From contig CAXXGO010000006.1 of the NCBI GenBank assembly GCA_963666835.2, positions 960,001-1,024,000 of the forward strand: DNA of 64,000 bases, written 5' to 3'. This DNA is from Phycisphaerae bacterium (GTDB taxonomy: Bacteria; Planctomycetota; Phycisphaerae; UBA1845). Positions 60,075 to 64,000 of this stretch are shown in pieces. Under the pieces are notes generated by a model. The model saw only the letters and a list, made by a program, of their open reading frames with translations. It was not told the origin of the DNA and ran no database searches. The position numbers and the translations under genes were made by a program. Every line of letters begins with the position of its first letter. Position 1 is the first letter of the stretch.

Positions 60075-61358
60075 CTATCCCTCTGCTTCGAGCTCGGTAG
60101 TCGCCGGAGCGTCTTCAGCGGATTCGACCCGTAAGGTCATGCCCTCCACGGGCGTGGCCAAAGCGCTGACGATGAGCGGCGCACCTTCACCAATGCCACG
60201 CACGAATACCTGATCGCGATTCCTCCAGACGACCTCGACTTGATGAACCACAAGGCGATTGTCTTCGCCGACGAGCCACACGCGATCTGCGTCGCGCAGA
60301 GCATTCCGGGGAATCACCGTTACATCGTGCAACGCAGCGCCTTCGATTTCGACGTTCACATAGGATCCGATCAACAGCGGGGGACGCGGCTGGTCCGGGG
60401 ACTGCAAGCCGAGCGGGTCCTCCACCTCCACCAGAAGGCGGGCCATTCGGCCCACGGGCTCGAGATCTCCGAGCAGGCGAACCACCCGGCCGGCCCACTC
60501 GGCATGTGCCGCATCCCCGATACTCTGGTGGATGCGGACCCCGGCCCCGACTTCCGTCTCACCGCGCGGTAAGGCAATCCACTTGAGCCGATCCACGGGG
60601 ATGGAAACCTGCACCCAATACTCGTCGGTACCGATTAACGTGGCCAGTTGGGTTTGCGTGGATACGCGGGCGCCCAGGTCTACGCCCTTGGTAGTGACGA
60701 TACTGTTGAACGGGGCTCGAATCGTCGTGTATTGCAGATCCAGCTCCGCCTTCTTGCGGGCCGCCAGTGCCGCGGTCAGCGCGGCGTTGGCTTTTTCCAG
60801 GTGCGGTTTGCGGAGGGCCAGCTCCCGATCGAGTTCGCTGGCGTCTCTCTCCGCCCCGAGCAGCGACCACTCGCGCTTGGCGATTTCCTGATGCCCCAGT
60901 TCCATTTTCACTCCATACCGGGCATCTGCCACCAGACTGTCACTTTGCTCCAAAGCGAGTTCATAATCTCGCGGGTCGATTCGTAGAATCGGGTCGCCGG
61001 TGTTAAGCAAGCCGCCGGGCATGAATGCGTCGTTCAGCTCGATAATCTCGCCGCTGACTCGCGGTTGAAGGGTTACTGTGCGTGCCGCTACCACCGTGCC
61101 CATCGCGCGCACGATCACGCGTTCGTCCGATCGCTGCGCGGCCTTAACTTCGACCAACGTAGCCACCGACGCCGGTTTGACGCGGTGTGCTTCGGGGGCG
61201 GTTCGATAGATCTGGATCGCCCCGGCCACCCCGCCCGCGGCTACGACCAGCGGCAAAACACCGCGGGCTAAGATGCGCGCCACCCGTCGCCCGAAACCGC
61301 CTTTCGGTGTCGGACCGGTCCCTTCGGTTGTGTCCGTGTGCATGATTCGGTTCCCCAC
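60075..61358 (-). CDS. RND membrane-fusion (periplasmic adaptor) protein
   Basis: N-terminal TM, PRVSGEI...RIDPRDYE, TTIRAPFNS lipoyl-like motifs; start may be 61343. Confidence 0.92.
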   Translation of the reverse strand: MGNRIMHTDTTEGTGPTPKGGFGRRVARILARGVLPLVVAAGGVAGAIQIYRTAPEAHRVKPASVATLVEVKAAQRSDERVIVRAMGTVVAARTVTLQPRVSGEIIELNDAFMPGGLLNTGDPILRIDPRDYELALEQSDSLVADARYGVKMELGHQEIAKREWSLLGAERDASELDRELALRKPHLEKANAALTAALAARKKAELDLQYTTIRAPFNSIVTTKGVDLGARVSTQTQLATLIGTDEYWVQVSIPVDRLKWIALPRGETEVGAGVRIHQSIGDAAHAEWAGRVVRLLGDLEPVGRMARLLVEVEDPLGLQSPDQPRPPLLIGSYVNVEIEGAALHDVTVIPRNALRDADRVWLVGEDNRLVVHQVEVVWRNRDQVFVRGIGEGAPLIVSALATPVEGMTLRVESAEDAPATTELEAEG

Positions 61359-61364
61359 GTTTGG

Positions 61365-62942
61365 TCAATCCTCGATTTCGGCGGGTTGGGTTTCTTCACT
61401 GATAAGCGCCGGACGTTCCAAATCGTCGGTCCAATTCCCTCCCAAAGCTCGATAGAGCCGGACGCGGTATACGAGCAGGTTCCGCCGAGCCTCGACCAGA
61501 CTGCGGGTCAGACGCTGTGTCGTCTGCAAACTCGTCAGGACCGGCAGGTAATCGTTGAGCCCTTTGCGATATCGCTGTTCCGCCTCCTGTAGGGCGTGAT
61601 CGGCATACTCGATCTGCTTTTCGAGGGCGGCAATGTGGCGATGCTGCATCCGTTCCGTTACCAAGGCGTCTTCAACTTCCTTGATTGCTGCCAGCACCGC
61701 GGCACGATAAGCCGCCAAGCGTTCCTCGATCACCGCCCGGTTGCGGCGGACCTCGGCCGCACGCCGCGATCCGTCGAAGAGCGGCGCCGTCAGATTGGCC
61801 GCCAGGTTCGCGAACCAATCATCGAGCAAAAACTCCAACTCGCCGGCCTGATACGCCGCCCGCCCCGTCAGGCTAATCGCCGGAAGCTGATCAGCCCGCG
61901 CCGCGGCCAGAGAGTTGTCAGCGGCCTCCAAACGCTTCCGGGCGGCGCGGATGTCCGGCCGGTTGATCAGCAGCTCGGCCGGCAGCCCGGCAGCCGGCAG
62001 CGGCGGCACCGTCTCCAGGTCGTACTCCCCCAGTTCCAAACTCGCACCCGGGGGCTTGCCCAGCAGCACCGCCAGCTCGTGCAAAAGAACCTGCTCGCTC
62101 GATTCAATCAACGGAATCTGCTTCTCGATGTCGGCCACAACTTGACGCTGCTGATAAACATCCAGAGCCGACACCAGAGAGCTTCTGAAACGCAGGTCGA
62201 CCAGCTCCAGATACGTCCGGCTCGTCTCCAGTTGCTGGGCGAGTAGCTGCTTTTGAGCCCGTAGCTCGATGATCCGCAGCCATCGATCGACCACCTCGCC
62301 CGCCACCGTCATCGCCGCCGCTTCCAGGTCATCGCGCGAGGCTTCGAAGTTGAGCCGGGCCGCGTTATGCCCTGCCGCGACCCGCCCCCAAAGGTCTATC
62401 TCGTAACCGGCGGCCAGACCGAAGCTGAACTGCTTGATCTCCGACAGCACCCGCGTGTTGGAGGTCGACGTCGTTGCCGCCGCAGTACCCGATCCACCGC
62501 CGGTGGTGACGCCCAGTTGTTGGGCAACCCTTTCAGTCACCGCGTCTACCGTGGCGGACAGCACTTGCGAACTTACCGAAGGGGCGTCCGCGCCCTCGAC
62601 CGTCGTGGAGCGGCGTTCATAGGACGCCCCTGATTCCAGGCTCAGCTCCGGATACCGCCCCGCGGCCGCGATGGTCGCCGCCGCCCCGGCCTGGTCCAGC
62701 CGGGCCCACATCTCGCGCAGGGTCAGGCTATCAGAGAGGGCCTCCTGCACCAGTGACGTAAGCTCGTCACTTTCAAACACCTCCCACCAGCGGTCGGACC
62801 GCTCCGTTTGGGCCTCGTATTCCGAAAAGGACTCGGGAAGGCGACCTTCGGGCGACGTTGCCCGCTGCGGCAGCAGGGATACGCACGAAACCCCGCTCAG
62901 CGCCAAAGCGGCGATGCAGAATGTCAGCCGATTGGCTCTCAT
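61365..62942 (-). CDS. Outer-membrane efflux lipoprotein (NodT/TolC family)
   Basis: Lipobox GVSC, WWEVF...L..LVQEAL, YEIDLWGR, RPDIRAA, LYRALGG; ATGA overlap with the TetR stop. Confidence 0.92.
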   Translation of the reverse strand: MRANRLTFCIAALALSGVSCVSLLPQRATSPEGRLPESFSEYEAQTERSDRWWEVFESDELTSLVQEALSDSLTLREMWARLDQAGAAATIAAAGRYPELSLESGASYERRSTTVEGADAPSVSSQVLSATVDAVTERVAQQLGVTTGGGSGTAAATTSTSNTRVLSEIKQFSFGLAAGYEIDLWGRVAAGHNAARLNFEASRDDLEAAAMTVAGEVVDRWLRIIELRAQKQLLAQQLETSRTYLELVDLRFRSSLVSALDVYQQRQVVADIEKQIPLIESSEQVLLHELAVLLGKPPGASLELGEYDLETVPPLPAAGLPAELLINRPDIRAARKRLEAADNSLAAARADQLPAISLTGRAAYQAGELEFLLDDWFANLAANLTAPLFDGSRRAAEVRRNRAVIEERLAAYRAAVLAAIKEVEDALVTERMQHRHIAALEKQIEYADHALQEAEQRYRKGLNDYLPVLTSLQTTQRLTRSLVEARRNLLVYRVRLYRALGGNWTDDLERPALISEETQPAEIED

Positions 62943-63610
62943 GCCGAGCCCTCCTCGTCTCGCAGCAGGTTCTCGAGCGCCGCTAAGGAGAACTGCGTAA
63001 TGTGGTCGGCTAAGGCCTCGATCCCGGCATCGTCTAACTTCAATTCCGGGTTGAGTCGGGTCACCACCGGCTTGGCGTGGTGATAGTGAAGGTACTGCGC
63101 GGCCACACTGGTGGCGCACAGCCGCACGCGATCCTCGGTAATACCATCCCCGACGATTTCCCGGACGATTCCCACCAGCGTGAGAAAGTGCGGGCGGATG
63201 TGCCGTTCGACGAGCAGATCCAACACCCCGGTCGGCTCAGTCATCTCCCGAACGCGCAACCGGGCCAGCCAGGGCGGCCGTTGCTCGCTCAACAGCCCGC
63301 GAAGATGCCACGCCACGTGCGCCCGCAAGCGCTGTTCGGGAGCCGGGCCGGCGAGTTTCCTGATCGTCTCAGGATCAAGATGCCCGCACACATGCAGGGC
63401 GTGCTCGAACACCGCCCGATAGAGCCCCTCCTTATCGCCGAAGTGGTAGTTCACGGCGTTGAGGTTGGCCCCCGCCTTCCTGACAATCTCGCGAACGGTA
63501 GCTTTGCGGAACCCCTTCTCCGCGAAGATCTCCCCTGCGGCCTCCAGCAACCGCTCGCGAGTCCCCCCCTCCGTCGCCGTCCGGTTTGTCTGTTCCTTTG
63601 AGTTACCCAT
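62939..63610 (-). CDS. TetR-family regulator with CecR/DUF1956-like C-terminus
   Basis: TRERLLEAAGEIFAEKGF...TVREI...VNYHFGDKEGLY HTH; REMTEPT, LADHITQFSL. Confidence 0.92.
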   Translation of the reverse strand: MGNSKEQTNRTATEGGTRERLLEAAGEIFAEKGFRKATVREIVRKAGANLNAVNYHFGDKEGLYRAVFEHALHVCGHLDPETIRKLAGPAPEQRLRAHVAWHLRGLLSEQRPPWLARLRVREMTEPTGVLDLLVERHIRPHFLTLVGIVREIVGDGITEDRVRLCATSVAAQYLHYHHAKPVVTRLNPELKLDDAGIEALADHITQFSLAALENLLRDEEGSA

Positions 63611-63635
63611 ACAACGCCGAGCCCATGATACAACT

Positions 63636-63676
63636 GTTTAATACGCAAGTATTAAACGCGCGTTGCACCGTGTCAA
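63636..63676 (-). promoter_or_regulatory. Sigma70-type promoter with overlapping TetR operator
   Basis: Perfect IR GTTTAATAC-GCAA-GTATTAAAC (63636-63657); minus-strand TTGACA (63676-63671), 17-bp spacer, AATACT inside the IR. Confidence 0.8.
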
Positions 63677-63854
63677 CAGGGCGAGGGGATATTGTTGTAA
63701 ATCTTTGTCGTGGAATACTTTGCGATGGGAACGTCTCGTTGGGGATACACCCTCGGGCGTACCTGCCCGCCGGCCCTTGGATTATCGCCCTCGACGCCTC
63801 GCGCCAACAGCAGCCGTCCGACTTTCAATCCGGTTCCCCGAGCCCGAAAGCTTG

Positions 63855-63885
63855 GTAGGGCACGGTCGAGGAACGAGACCTGCCG
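63855..63885 (+). repeat. Solitary GTAG-type REP copy
   Basis: GTAGGGCACGGTCGAGGAACGAGACCTGCCG, same family as in the 7.3-kb and 47.6-kb arrays. Confidence 0.92.
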
Positions 63886-64000
63886 TCGATTGCAGGGGCA
63901 TCGTCACCGGCTGCCCCGTGTTCGGCCCCGATCCCACACGGTTCTGCCACACTCTTGTCATTTATCAGATTCAATACAACATGCACCCGGCCATAACTCT

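Overview
High-GC bacterial chromosome segment. Gene content and protein styles suggest a Planctomycetota (Phycisphaerae-like) organism, but that is inference. From left to right: (i) 0-7.3 kb holds an AIM24-family gene, a YWTD/IPTL-CTERM surface protein, a hemerythrin-like protein, a large lipoprotein and queE. (ii) A 6 x 144-bp tandem array of palindromic REP-like modules follows. (iii) A four-gene secreted cluster (8.2-15.5 kb) encodes a small DGGG/dockerin-like protein, a mosaic fibre-like protein with an autocleavage-type C-terminus, an astacin M12A protease and a C10 cysteine protease; the two proteases share a C-terminal module. (iv) An 18-kb single-strand signalling cluster (15.9-34.0 kb) has an MCP, five histidine kinases, about 14 receiver domains, a duplicated cheY-cheC pair and a kinase with a degenerate GGDEF plus intact I-site, but no CheA/CheW/Hpt or DNA-binding output. 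(v) 34.7-47.5 kb holds a VPS10/BNR protein, cls, a CoA-binding protein, a TSP3/HAF surface protein, mlaEFD, a GT2 and a thioesterase. (vi) A 1,174-bp REP mosaic is bounded by a perfect 24-bp direct repeat. (vii) The rest holds a GT-C-like membrane protein, prkA-yeaH-spoVR, and a TetR-regulated RND efflux operon with a clear operator palindrome. No tRNA, rRNA, CRISPR-cas or intact transposase was recognised.
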